A stretch of 64,000 bases of DNA from an uncultured Acidimicrobiia bacterium (GCA_964195235.1 CAXMOW010000004.1:12622-76621); one strand, 5' to 3'; shown: positions 46,669-55,700, counted from the stretch's first letter. Numbers and translations: made by a program. Notes: a model not told the origin generated them from the sequence alone.

Positions 46669-48009
46669 TTAAGCGACTCCCAGCAGCCTGAATGCGATCG
46701 CCTCGCTCAAGGTTGCTTTCTCCAGATCGCCAACGTCCTGGCTCTCATTGGGTGCGTGAATCGAGCTGGTCGGATCTCCACAACCAATAACCAGGATCGG
46801 CGCATCTGGATATAGGTCGTGGAAAGTGGAGATGAAGGGGATCGAGCCACCTGCACCCATCGCCACAGCATCCACGCCGTAGGCCTCCTTGAACGCCTCC
46901 TTCCACGCATCCACGGCGAAATTGGCCGTGTCGAGGGTGGTGGCGTCTCCGCCCTCCTCGTAGAAGAAGTCGATCTGTGCTCCCCAGGGAACGTTGGCCC
47001 GGAGATGATCCTTCAACGCCTGGAGAGCGGTTTCGGCATCCTGACCTGGGGGGATTCTCATGCTGACTTTGGCGCTGGCAACGGGCACCAGCTGATTGAT
47101 CGCCTCCGAAACAGGTGGGGCATCGATGGCAAGAATCGAGATGGAAGGTCGCGACCACAGGCGGGACTTGATTGAGCCTCTACCGATCAAATCGAGAGTG
47201 TCAATGGCCCCCGCCTCCTTCCGGAACTGACTCTCCGGATACTCGAGGTCACTTTCGTACTCCTCGCTGACAAGACCGGGCACTGTCACATTTCCTTGAT
47301 CGTCATGAAGCGTGGCCAACAGCCTTGACAGGGCCATCAACGCGTCGGGGACAACGCCGCCGTATTGACCGGAATGGACTGCCGACTCCAGCGTTCTCAG
47401 CTCGAGCTTCACACCGGTAACTCCCCGGAGACGATCGATGAACCCGGGGATACCCACCTTCCAGTTGCCACCGTCGCCAATGACGATCACATCTGGCTTC
47501 AAGAGACCGGAGTACCTATTGAGGATCTCCTCCAGTCCTTCAGACCCCGCTTCCTCCTCACCCTCGAAGAAGACCTGGACACCGACCGGTAGATCTGTGC
47601 CATGGGCAGCGATTGCACCCATATGCATGACCACCCCGGATTTGTCGTCGCTGGCCCCACGGCCGTAGATACGTCCGTCTTTTTCAAAAGGTTCAAAGGG
47701 CCCGGTCTTCCATTCCTCGATCGGCCCCGGGGGTTGCACGTCGTAGTGGGCGTAGAGAAGGAGGGTTGGTGCGCCATCGGGTGCTGGTAGTTCGGCGAAC
47801 ACCGCTGGATGGCCCTCTGAGCTTTCCAGAAGTTGCGCGTTCTGATAGCCGGCTTCGTCAAGCATCGCGACGATGGCCTCGCCTGCGCTCCGGACGCCGA
47901 CAGGGTCGTATCCGTCAGCACTGACCGATTCCATCCGCACCAAGTCGGCTAGCAGGTTCTTCAGACGGGGCATGTCGGACGAGACCGCCGACCTGAGATC
48001 TTCATGCAT
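46669..48009 (-). CDS. M20-family dipeptidase
   Basis: ATG at 48009 (MHEDLRSAV...). LLLYAHYDVQPPGP, GRGASDDKSG and EGEEEAGS are present. The track extension to 48612 is antisense to the M50 gene. Confidence 0.85.
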   Translation of the reverse strand: MHEDLRSAVSSDMPRLKNLLADLVRMESVSADGYDPVGVRSAGEAIVAMLDEAGYQNAQLLESSEGHPAVFAELPAPDGAPTLLLYAHYDVQPPGPIEEWKTGPFEPFEKDGRIYGRGASDDKSGVVMHMGAIAAHGTDLPVGVQVFFEGEEEAGSEGLEEILNRYSGLLKPDVIVIGDGGNWKVGIPGFIDRLRGVTGVKLELRTLESAVHSGQYGGVVPDALMALSRLLATLHDDQGNVTVPGLVSEEYESDLEYPESQFRKEAGAIDTLDLIGRGSIKSRLWSRPSISILAIDAPPVSEAINQLVPVASAKVSMRIPPGQDAETALQALKDHLRANVPWGAQIDFFYEEGGDATTLDTANFAVDAWKEAFKEAYGVDAVAMGAGGSIPFISTFHDLYPDAPILVIGCGDPTSSIHAPNESQDVGDLEKATLSEAIAFRLLGVA

Positions 48010-48040
48010 CCGACGAGGGTACCGGGGTCCCTGACTACCC

Positions 48041-48781
48041 GTGATTTCGGACTTGCACCAATATGGGCCTGTGCTGAGGTTCAACCTGTTCCGGATTCCG
48101 ATCACCGTCAGGGGTTCGTTCCTGGTGATCGCCGCCCTGCTCGGCTTCAGCGGGATCCGTGATCCGATGCTGATTGCGGCATGGGTGGCGATCGTTTTCG
48201 TCTCGATTCTGATCCATGAGTTCGGGCACGCATTCACAGCTCGTTGGCTCGGAGCTGAGGTGGCCATCGAGCTCAATGGGATCGGCGGTCTGACCAGGTG
48301 GTCCGTGCCGGCCTCGGAGTTCGGTCCTGGGCGCAGAGCGCTGGTCGCTTTCTCAGGTTCAGCTGTTGGTGTTGTCTTTGGGGGGATTGTCTGGGTTGTC
48401 GCGGCCCAATTCGGACCATATTCAGGGCCGACAGCGTTTGTGATCAGCAGGTTGATCTTTGTGAACGTTTTCTGGGGGTTGTTGAATTGGCTGCCAATTC
48501 GACCGCTCGACGGTGGGCATCTTTTTGAGGCGCTGCTGGAGAAGATTGCACCGAATCGCGCTGATTCCGTTGCCCGCGTTGTTTTCACGGTCACCGCGGC
48601 CGCGGCTCTCATTGCGGCGATCCGGTTTCAGTTGATTTTCATCGCGCTGATTTCTGGGTGGCTGCTGCTGTCTGAGTTCAACATCAGGAGGACACCTCAG
48701 CCGAGGGCGCCGATTCCACCCTTGACCTATGACCAATCGGAAGCGGACATCGTGGACGTGGATCCGGAGCCGGACCAGTAG
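48041..48781 (+). CDS. M50 (site-2 protease) family metalloprotease
   Basis: ILIHEFGHAFTARWLG is the HExxH in a TM helix, with NWLPIRPLDGGH as the second motif. Confidence 0.75.
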   Translation: MISDLHQYGPVLRFNLFRIPITVRGSFLVIAALLGFSGIRDPMLIAAWVAIVFVSILIHEFGHAFTARWLGAEVAIELNGIGGLTRWSVPASEFGPGRRALVAFSGSAVGVVFGGIVWVVAAQFGPYSGPTAFVISRLIFVNVFWGLLNWLPIRPLDGGHLFEALLEKIAPNRADSVARVVFTVTAAAALIAAIRFQLIFIALISGWLLLSEFNIRRTPQPRAPIPPLTYDQSEADIVDVDPEPDQ

Positions 48782-48790
48782 ATTCCGATT

Positions 48791-50017
48791 GTGGATTTCG
48801 CATACAGCCAGAAAGTCGAGGAGTTGCGTGGCCGGTTATCCGCCTTTATGGACAGTCACATATATCCAGCCGAGCCGGTATATCGATCCCAGATGGAGGG
48901 GGCCGGCGACCCTCATCACCATCCGCAGGTGCTCGAAGACCTCAAACGAGAGGCACGAAGCCAAGGTCTCTGGAACCTGTTTCTCCCCGATACCGAGCAT
49001 GGGGGCGGTCTCAGTGTTCTCGAATATGCGCCGCTCGCCGAGATCACTGGGCGCAGCCCCGAGCTTGCTCCTGAGGCGATCAACTGCTCGGCGCCCGACA
49101 CCGGGAATATGGAAATTCTCCACATGTTCGGCACCCCAGAACAGAAGGGGCAGTGGCTCGAACCGCTACTCGAAGGTGAGATCCGATCCTGTTTCTCGAT
49201 GACGGAGCCGGACGTGGCAAGTTCTGACGCGACCAACATCCGGACGATGATTCGGCGCGATGGTGACCACTATGTGATCACCGGACGCAAGTGGTTCAGC
49301 TCGGGTGCGGCATCTTCTCGTTGCAAGATGTCAATCGTGATGGGTATCACCAATTCCGCGGCCGACAAACATCGGATGCAGTCGATGATCATCACCCCTC
49401 TCGACGCACCGGGTGTGACGATTGAGAGGGAGCCCGAGGTCTTTGGGTATCAGGACCGCGGTGGGCATCCCCAGATCCACTTTGACCAGGTCCGGGTTCC
49501 GGCGGCAAACATTCTTGGCGAGGAAGGCGGGGGGTTCGCTATCGCCCAGGCCCGTCTTGGTCCAGGGAGAATTCACCACTGCATGAGGGCGATTGGTGCT
49601 GCGGAGCGATGTCTTGACTTGATGATCCAGCGGTCGAAGTCCCGGGTTGCGTTTGGGAAGCCACTCGCAGACCAGGGTGTGATCCAGGAGTGGATCGCCA
49701 ACACAAGGATTGAGATCGAGCAGGCACGCCTTCTCGTCCTGAAGACGGCTTGGATGATCGACAACGTGGGCACCAAGGCCGCACGCACAGAAATTTCTGC
49801 GATCAAAGTGGTGGCCCCCAACCTTCTCACCGGTGTCGCTGATCGTGCGATGCAGCTATTCGGCGCTGCCGGATTCACCGATGATTGGCCTCTTGCCCGG
49901 TTCTACTCGATGGGTCGATGGCTTCGTATGGCCGATGGTCCCGATGAGGTGCATCGTCGCTCGGTGGCTCGTGCCGAGTTGGGGCGTCTAGATGCCGGCG
50001 CCGAGTTCAGGTTCTAG
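48791..50017 (+). CDS. acyl-CoA dehydrogenase
   Basis: [22 protein letters not shown] and a C-terminal ADGPDEVH region. 408 aa. Confidence 0.9.
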   Translation: MDFAYSQKVEELRGRLSAFMDSHIYPAEPVYRSQMEGAGDPHHHPQVLEDLKREARSQGLWNLFLPDTEHGGGLSVLEYAPLAEITGRSPELAPEAINCSAPDTGNMEILHMFGTPEQKGQWLEPLLEGEIRSCFSMTEPDVASSDATNIRTMIRRDGDHYVITGRKWFSSGAASSRCKMSIVMGITNSAADKHRMQSMIITPLDAPGVTIEREPEVFGYQDRGGHPQIHFDQVRVPAANILGEEGGGFAIAQARLGPGRIHHCMRAIGAAERCLDLMIQRSKSRVAFGKPLADQGVIQEWIANTRIEIEQARLLVLKTAWMIDNVGTKAARTEISAIKVVAPNLLTGVADRAMQLFGAAGFTDDWPLARFYSMGRWLRMADGPDEVHRRSVARAELGRLDAGAEFRF

Positions 50018-50027
50018 CGAGCCGACT

Positions 50028-50065
50028 CTCTCGTTGCTATAGCAAGAGGTAGCGTTTTTCGCTAC
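50028..50065 (+). terminator. tandem hairpins after the acyl-CoA dehydrogenase stop
   Basis: The TTGCTATAGCAA palindrome has extended arms and is followed by GTAGCG-TTTTT-CGCTAC. Confidence 0.4.
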
Positions 50066-50196
50066 GCGGTGCACACCAAACTCAGGACAGATGCGTAATC
50101 ACCGAATGCCTCATAGTGAATTCGGGCAAGTTCTGACTGGCAATAAGGGATGGGAACGAAATTCCTTGATTCTGCGTTTACCTGGTTCAACTCATT

Positions 50197-50469
50197 ATGG
50201 CATCAGTGATAGATCTGACAGTTACACCGTGGAGGGAAGCGGCGGCCTGTCTTGAAGTTACAGAGCAGGTCAACTTCTTCCCCAACAGAGAAGATTTCCT
50301 CGGAATCGCCAAGGCAAAGGCCGTGTGCGCCAGTTGCCCAGTCGCCGACGAGTGTCTCAGTTGGGCGATTGAGTCCAATCAGACCGAAGGCATCTGGGGC
50401 GGGCAGACATCAAAAGAGCGCAGACGCATCAGAAGGCATTGGATCGAGGAGATCAAGAAAGCCAGCTAA
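50197..50469 (+). CDS. WhiB-family (Wbl) transcriptional regulator
   Basis: Four-Cys pattern C-X25-CASC-X5-C, a GIWGG turn and a basic tail (KERRRIRR). It follows a long AT-richer leader of about 180 nt. Confidence 0.85.
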   Translation: MASVIDLTVTPWREAAACLEVTEQVNFFPNREDFLGIAKAKAVCASCPVADECLSWAIESNQTEGIWGGQTSKERRRIRRHWIEEIKKAS

Positions 50470-51461
50470 TTCCGTTCGGCCGGTTCGTCCTGATCCGGCC
50501 CGGTTTCGGCCGCGATGTTGACCAGCGCGTCTCCGAGGTTGACCAGCGGACGCAGAGTCCTGGCGATTACCCAGCCGGTTTCGGTTGCCTTCACGCGGGT
50601 CGGTTTTGCTCCAAACGCATCTGAGATCGAAGCAACCGGGTCGCCCTTCTCAACGTAGTCGCCGAGGCGGACGGGGACTTCAGCGAGGCCCCCTCGACGT
50701 GCTCGTACCCATCTGGTCCGCCGGATCACCCGAGTCGGTCTCGCCCGAGGAAGACGGGCTTCGATCATCTTCATTGACCTCAGAGTACGGAGCACTCCAT
50801 TGACTCCGGCTTTGATTGCGCGGTCGTTGAAGCGGTGCGCCTCACCCGCTTCGTACACCAGGACTGTTGCTCCCAGATCGGTCGCCGCTTGTCGCAACGA
50901 TCCACGTCTCTCCCGAGCGTGAATGGTGAATGGCGCGGCAAATGCCTTGGCCAGTCGAAGTGTGCTCTTGTCGTCGACGTCGGCGCGGATCTGTGGGACG
51001 TTGGTGCGGTGATTGGTCGCAGTGTGCAAGTCGATACCGACCGAGCACTGACTCACGACTTCTGAGATGAATAGGTGGGCGAGACGCGATGCGGTCGAGC
51101 CCCGCTTTGAGCCGGGGAACGCACGATTGAGATCCCGGCGGTCTGGCATATATCTCGACTCGATCATGAATCCGAGGGGGTTGACGATGGGCGCGGCGAT
51201 CACCGCACCGCGGAGGTTCTTGGCGTCGAGCTCGCCCAGAACTCGCCGGACGATCTCGATTCCATTGAGTTCGTCGCCATGGATTGCTGCCGATAGCCAG
51301 ACGTGCGGACCCGAAGATCGTCCGTTGATCACGGCGACCGGCATGGTCTCTTCCGAACCCGTGGCAACTTTGGCGAAGGGAAGCTCAATACGCCTCTTTC
51401 GCCCTGGCTGGACTGTTACTCCGCCGACTGTGATGTCCTCGTTCCGCTTTGAATCAGGCAT
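50466..51461 (-). CDS. succinylglutamate desuccinylase/aspartoacylase (AstE/AspA) family zinc hydrolase
   Basis: ATG at 51461. [11 protein letters not shown] (zinc His/Glu motif) and IDLHTA. It overlaps the rimK stop by 8 nt. Confidence 0.75.
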   Translation of the reverse strand: MPDSKRNEDITVGGVTVQPGRKRRIELPFAKVATGSEETMPVAVINGRSSGPHVWLSAAIHGDELNGIEIVRRVLGELDAKNLRGAVIAAPIVNPLGFMIESRYMPDRRDLNRAFPGSKRGSTASRLAHLFISEVVSQCSVGIDLHTATNHRTNVPQIRADVDDKSTLRLAKAFAAPFTIHARERRGSLRQAATDLGATVLVYEAGEAHRFNDRAIKAGVNGVLRTLRSMKMIEARLPRARPTRVIRRTRWVRARRGGLAEVPVRLGDYVEKGDPVASISDAFGAKPTRVKATETGWVIARTLRPLVNLGDALVNIAAETGPDQDEPAERN

Positions 51462-52329
51462 CGATGCTGTCCTCGATGTGAGTAATGATCGCCCCAGCGA
51501 TGTCGACTCCGCTGGCGCCTTCGATTCCCTCGAGTCCAGGAGAGGAGTTGATCTCCAGGACCATCGGGCCATCGTGGGATTGGATCAGATCTACACCAGC
51601 GACATTCAGATCCATAGCCTTGGCTGCACGGAGGGCCGTGGCTCGCTGATTTGGTGTCAACTCGATCGTTTCCGCCCTACCGCCCCGGTGCAGATTTGAG
51701 CGAAACTCGCCCGGAGGTCCCTGCCGACGCATCGCAGCCACAACCTCACCACCTACGATGAGCGCCCGAATGTCCGCCCCATCGGCTTCCGCGATGAATT
51801 GCTGGACCAAGAAGTTGGCATCGAGCTGTCGAAAAGCACTGATCACCGATTCGGCAGCCTTTTGTGTTTCGGCAAGAACGACACCGACGCCTTGTGTTCC
51901 TTCAAGGAGTTTGACCACCACTGGTGGACCACCAACCACCTCGAGGATTCCGTTGATGTCCTGGGATTCGTGAGCGAAGCTGGTTGTTGGGAGTCCGACG
52001 CCTGCACGAGACAGCAGTTGCATCGAGCGCAGCTTGTCCCTCGATCGGCTGATTCCGTCGGAGTTGTTCAGGGTGTAGACGTCGGCCATCTCGAATTGTC
52101 TCACCACGGCGGCGCCGTAAAACGTGTAGGTAGCCCCGATCCGGGGGATCACTGCATCGGGCCTGACCTCATCGCCGCGAAACAGAACCTTGGGACGACG
52201 AGCCGTGATGTCCATGTAACAGCGGAGGTAGTCGACCACAGCTACCTCATGGCCGTGATCCAGCGCAGCCTGTTGTAGACGCATCGTTGAGTACAACGCG
52301 GCACTTCTTGAAAGGATGGCGATCTTCAC
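51454..52329 (-). CDS. rimK: RimK-family ATP-grasp alpha-L-glutamate ligase
   Basis: MKIAILSR..., [17 protein letters not shown] and [24 protein letters not shown]. Confidence 0.85.
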   Translation of the reverse strand: MKIAILSRSAALYSTMRLQQAALDHGHEVAVVDYLRCYMDITARRPKVLFRGDEVRPDAVIPRIGATYTFYGAAVVRQFEMADVYTLNNSDGISRSRDKLRSMQLLSRAGVGLPTTSFAHESQDINGILEVVGGPPVVVKLLEGTQGVGVVLAETQKAAESVISAFRQLDANFLVQQFIAEADGADIRALIVGGEVVAAMRRQGPPGEFRSNLHRGGRAETIELTPNQRATALRAAKAMDLNVAGVDLIQSHDGPMVLEINSSPGLEGIEGASGVDIAGAIITHIEDSIDA

Positions 52330-52420
52330 AAGCGGGTCATTCTGCCAGTTTCTGGTGGGGTTGGTAGCAAAGTCTGCTTTGCTCCCTTCTCCTTGTGGCT
52401 CCCCTCAGTAAATCTGATAT

Positions 52421-52449
52421 TTGACATATCAAGTTTCATCATCAATAAT
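52421..52449 (+). promoter_or_regulatory. near-consensus sigma-70-type promoter for hsp20 (TTGACA-N17-AATAAT)
   Basis: Read directly. The -35 box lies inside the palindrome TGATAT-TTGAC-ATATCA (52415-52431). AGGAG at 52481 precedes the ATG at 52498. Confidence 0.5.
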
Positions 52450-52497
52450 GCTTAGGAAATGACAAATCGCTATCAGAAACAGGAGTGTTCTTCGATC

Positions 52498-52887
52498 ATG
52501 TTGCATCGTTTTGACCCCTTTACCGATTTCTACCGTCCGACCACCCGCCGTTCCAGTCTCGATGCCGATGTCTACCGTGTTGGTGACACCTTCTACGTCG
52601 AGATCGACGCCCCGGGTGTTCAACTCGACGACATCGATCTCGAACTCGAGAAACAGCACCTGACTATCACTGTCGAGCGTCGCGAACTCACCGATGACGA
52701 TCGCACAGACATTGTGCGGGGGCGTGCCACCGGCACCCTGCAACGTCGCTTCTTCCTTGGCGACTCCCTCGATGGTGAACAAGTCGAGGCAACCTATGAC
52801 AATGGCGTTCTCAAACTTGCCATACCAGTTATCGAGCAGGCCAAGTCCCGCAAGATCGCTATCGCAGCCAGCACCGGCAAGAACTAA
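52498..52887 (+). CDS. Hsp20/alpha-crystallin small heat-shock protein
   Basis: FDPFTDF N-terminus, DVYRVGDTFYVEIDAPGV, and the YDNGVLKLAIPV alpha-crystallin motif. Confidence 0.85.
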   Translation: MLHRFDPFTDFYRPTTRRSSLDADVYRVGDTFYVEIDAPGVQLDDIDLELEKQHLTITVERRELTDDDRTDIVRGRATGTLQRRFFLGDSLDGEQVEATYDNGVLKLAIPVIEQAKSRKIAIAASTGKN

Positions 52888-52911
52888 GACCGCCCCACCA
52901 GTCATCCCGAT

Positions 52912-52939
52912 AGAAACCTCGGCCTTTGCCGGGGTTTCT
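52912..52939 (+). terminator. hairpin terminator after hsp20
   Basis: AGAAACCUCGGC-CUUU-GCCGGGGUUUCU forms a stem of about 12 bp. The U-tract is weak. Confidence 0.5.
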
Positions 52940-53028
52940 CTCATGGGCACCGGCTTGGCAGGACCGATCTGACTGACCAACACCCGACTGGTCGGATTAG
53001 TGCTGCTCCCGGGTGTGTTGTTGAGAGA

Positions 53029-54039
53029 GTGAAGACTGCTTACGGGTTGATCGCCATCGCCTTTCTCACACTGGTTGCGTTCTGGCTGGTGGGATCAGAC
53101 GCAGATCAGATTCAGGTCGATGCAGGATCAATTGAGGCTCCTGATGACGCGTATGACCCGGTCAAGGCTGGTGAGCCGACACCCGAGGGTTATCGCCAGC
53201 TGCTCTTCCGAGATGCGATTCTTCCGGTGTACAACCCGACCTTCCGAAGTGTTTCTGCCACCGAATGGTCAGACGACACGCTGGTGATCGGAGTTGAGCT
53301 GGATGATGAGGCCAAGGCGTATCCGGTCCAGTTCCTCAATCGTCGCGAGATGGTCATTGATTGGATCGGAGGTTCGCCGATCTTGGTGAGTTGGTGACCA
53401 CTTTGCGCGACGGCGATGGTCCATCGTCGAGATTTGGGCGGAAAGATACTGGTCTTGGGTAACCAGGGTGCGTTGTGGGGAAACGCTATGACCTGGTGGG
53501 ATCACGACACCGGCTCGGTCTGGAGCCAGCCGCTGGGTGAGGCCATCATCGGACCTCGAAAAGGCGACCGTCTCGAATTGATGGCGTCACAACTGACTTC
53601 TTGGAAAACGTGGAGAACCGATCATCGCGAAACTCTCGCCTTGGACGCACCCGGCGGCGACACGAGGTTCCGGCTCAGCAATATGGCAATTGTCGTTGAC
53701 TTCTCTGACGAGGTAGCCGTCTACCCAGTTCCTGATCTGTCCATCCACGGGCCGGCCAATGACTTTGTCGCCGGTGTCCCGATAGCCGTGGTGCTGGACC
53801 CTGTTACGCCGGATAGGTGGCACGTGTTTCACCGACGTCTCGGAAGTCAGTTGCTCACGCTTGCTGTAGTGGATGGCGCCATCGTCGACAACGAGACGGG
53901 AACCACATGGGATCCAGCCAACGGAAGAGGCCTGAGCGGGCCACTGGAGGGAGAGATTCTCGACACACTCCCCGGTTTCACCTCCTATCAGTCGGATGCC
54001 CGTACGTTCTGGCCTGACGCCAAGTACTGGACGGGCTGA
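53029..54039 (+). CDS. DUF3179-family protein, candidate selenoprotein (TGA at 53395-53397 replaces the first Cys of the CPLC motif)
   Basis: Track ORFs 53029-53397 and 53416-54039 share a frame. Read-through gives ...AKAYPVQFLNRREMVIDWIGGSPILVSW-U-PLCATAMVHRRDLGGKILVLGNQGALWGNAMTWWDHDTGSVWSQ, which matches my recollection of the DUF3179 core (..TYCPLC...F..SG.L....M.D..T.S.W.Q). It has an N-terminal TM/signal helix. Confidence 0.7.
53408..53429 (+). promoter_or_regulatory. candidate SECIS hairpin for the DUF3179 UGA
   Basis: CGAC-ggc-GAU-GGUCC-AUC-GUCG. The apical loop contains GGU about 23 nt after the UGA. Confidence 0.4.
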
Positions 54040-54057
54040 CCTATTTTGGGACCCAAG

Positions 54058-54246
54058 ATGAGCGACAATGTGGCTATGACCAAAGAGACCAAATGGCGTA
54101 GCGCAAGTCGAGGTCTTCCTGCTTGGGCCTTAGGTCTGATGATCGCTGTCGTGCTGTTCGGCATAGGGATCATTGTTTTCCAGGCACTCGGATTTGGTGA
54201 CAACCCGGTCCTTGGTGACACAGCTGCGACACTTCGCTCTCTGTGA
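54058..54246 (+). CDS. small single-pass membrane protein
   Basis: MSDNVAMTKETKWRSASRGLPAWALGLMIAVVLFGIGIIVFQALGF... It lies between the DUF3179 gene and the MFS gene, whose GTG start overlaps its stop (GTGA). Confidence 0.4.
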   Translation: MSDNVAMTKETKWRSASRGLPAWALGLMIAVVLFGIGIIVFQALGFGDNPVLGDTAATLRSL

Positions 54247-55466
54247 CCGAAGCGGAATCCACACGGACCACTAGATCCCCAAATGGCGCCCTCGGCCTCA
54301 TCGCTGTCGGCCAACTACTTGCCCTGAGCCTTTGGTTCTCCGCCTCGGCTGTGGCGCCTCAACTTCGAGATGAGTGGGGGTTGGACACCGGGCAGGTTGC
54401 CGGTCTCACACTGATGGTTCAGATCGGGTTCGTGGTTGGAGCCCTTGCATCGGCGGTGTTCAATCTTGCTGACATCGTCCCAAGTCGTCGCCTCTTTCTC
54501 ATTGGCGCACTGGGTGGAGCGTTGGCCAATCTCGGTTTGCTTTTCATCAACTCGAACGCGGTGGGCGTGGGAATGGGGCTCCGTTTTCTCACGGGACTGT
54601 TCTTGGCCGCTGTCTACCCGGCAGGGCTCAAAGTGATGGCAGGCTGGTTCAAGACGGGAAGAGGCCTGGCACTTGGTTTACTCGTTGGCGCGCTGACGAT
54701 TGGCTCGGCTTCGCCACATTTGGTGCGAGGTATCGGTTTGGGTTGGCGCGGTGTCGTCATATCGGCCTCGGTGCTGGCGGGTATTGCCGCATACATGATG
54801 ACCAGGGTGGGTGATGGCCCTTACGAGACCTCCGGGCAGCCGTTTCGTTGGAGACAGGTCGGTGATGTTCTTGCCAACAGGGGAGTCCGATTGTCGACGT
54901 ATGGCTATTTGGGTCACATGTGGGAGCTCTACGCCATGTGGACTTGGACCGCCGCCTTCCTTGTGGCATCGGCGAACGAGGCCGGGTCGGGCTACGGCTC
55001 GATCTCCATAGTCACTTTCTTTGTCATTGCGGTAGGCGGTCTCGGATCATGGTGGGCGGGTTCGCTCGCGGATCGGCACGGACGGACCACGATTGCAGCA
55101 GGAGCGATGGCGATATCTGGCACTTGCGCCCTCCTCACTCCTTTTGTGTTTGGTTCTCCGGTATGGGTTGTCGTACCCCTGATGTTGCTTTGGGGACTCA
55201 CGGTTGTTGCTGACAGCGCCCAATTCTCCGCGATGGTCACCGAGACCGCTGATGACACTGTCAGAGGAACCGCTCTCACCCTGCAAACGGCAGTGGGGTT
55301 TCTGCTGACGTTGGTGACAATCCGTTGGGTGCCTTCGCTGGCTGAAAGTCTTGGATGGCAGTGGGCATTCCCGGTGCTGGCTTTGGGACCTGCATTTGGC
55401 GTCGTGGCGATGTTTCGGCTCAAGACAAGCTCACACGCCGCGCAGTTGGCCGGTGGGCGCGGATGA
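54243..55466 (+). CDS. MFS transporter
   Basis: 12 hydrophobic helices and GSLADRHGRT (MFS motif A-like). 407 aa. Confidence 0.75.
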   Translation: MTEAESTRTTRSPNGALGLIAVGQLLALSLWFSASAVAPQLRDEWGLDTGQVAGLTLMVQIGFVVGALASAVFNLADIVPSRRLFLIGALGGALANLGLLFINSNAVGVGMGLRFLTGLFLAAVYPAGLKVMAGWFKTGRGLALGLLVGALTIGSASPHLVRGIGLGWRGVVISASVLAGIAAYMMTRVGDGPYETSGQPFRWRQVGDVLANRGVRLSTYGYLGHMWELYAMWTWTAAFLVASANEAGSGYGSISIVTFFVIAVGGLGSWWAGSLADRHGRTTIAAGAMAISGTCALLTPFVFGSPVWVVVPLMLLWGLTVVADSAQFSAMVTETADDTVRGTALTLQTAVGFLLTLVTIRWVPSLAESLGWQWAFPVLALGPAFGVVAMFRLKTSSHAAQLAGGRG

Positions 55467-55700
55467 TATCCGACGTAGCAATACCGACCGTCAGACTGCG
55501 CCTCCGTCAACAGAACCAGTGTCACTGTCTCGGGCCGAAGCGATGGATTCGGATGAGGTTGAGATCGACTTTCTCCTCGATCAATGCCATTGGGCCAAGG
55601 GTTTCGCCTCGGAGGCCGCCACCGCGAGTCTCTGAGTACTTCGGAATAGTGGTTGATCGCTATGTCGTCGTTTCGGCTAACTCTGATTGGGCGCAATGAC
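55463..55700 (+). pseudogene. decayed GNAT (RimJ/RimL-like) acetyltransferase remnant
   Basis: One frame reads IPTVRLRLRQ... and ...EYFGIVVDRYVVVSANS. A second frame reads EIDFLLDQCHWAKGFASEAATASL (compare GY.L....WGKGYATEA..ALL.YAF). That implies frameshifts plus internal deletion. It overlaps the VanW 3' end. Confidence 0.4.

Noticed and set aside
48010-48612. N-terminal 201-aa extension of the M20 peptidase ORF (track ORF 46669-48612)
   Set aside because: The extension is antisense to the M50 protease gene and has no peptidase similarity. The family N-terminus starts at MHEDLRS (ATG 48009).
13615-53397. Genetic-code reassignment of UGA (to Gly or Trp) as an explanation for the in-frame TGAs
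   Set aside because: Many well-supported genes here end at TGA at the expected C-terminus, often in ATGA/GTGA start-stop overlaps (nadE, ctaC, ctaD, ctaE, ctaG, MFS/nucS and others). Three of the four in-frame TGAs align with Cys positions, which fits Sec rather than Gly or Trp.
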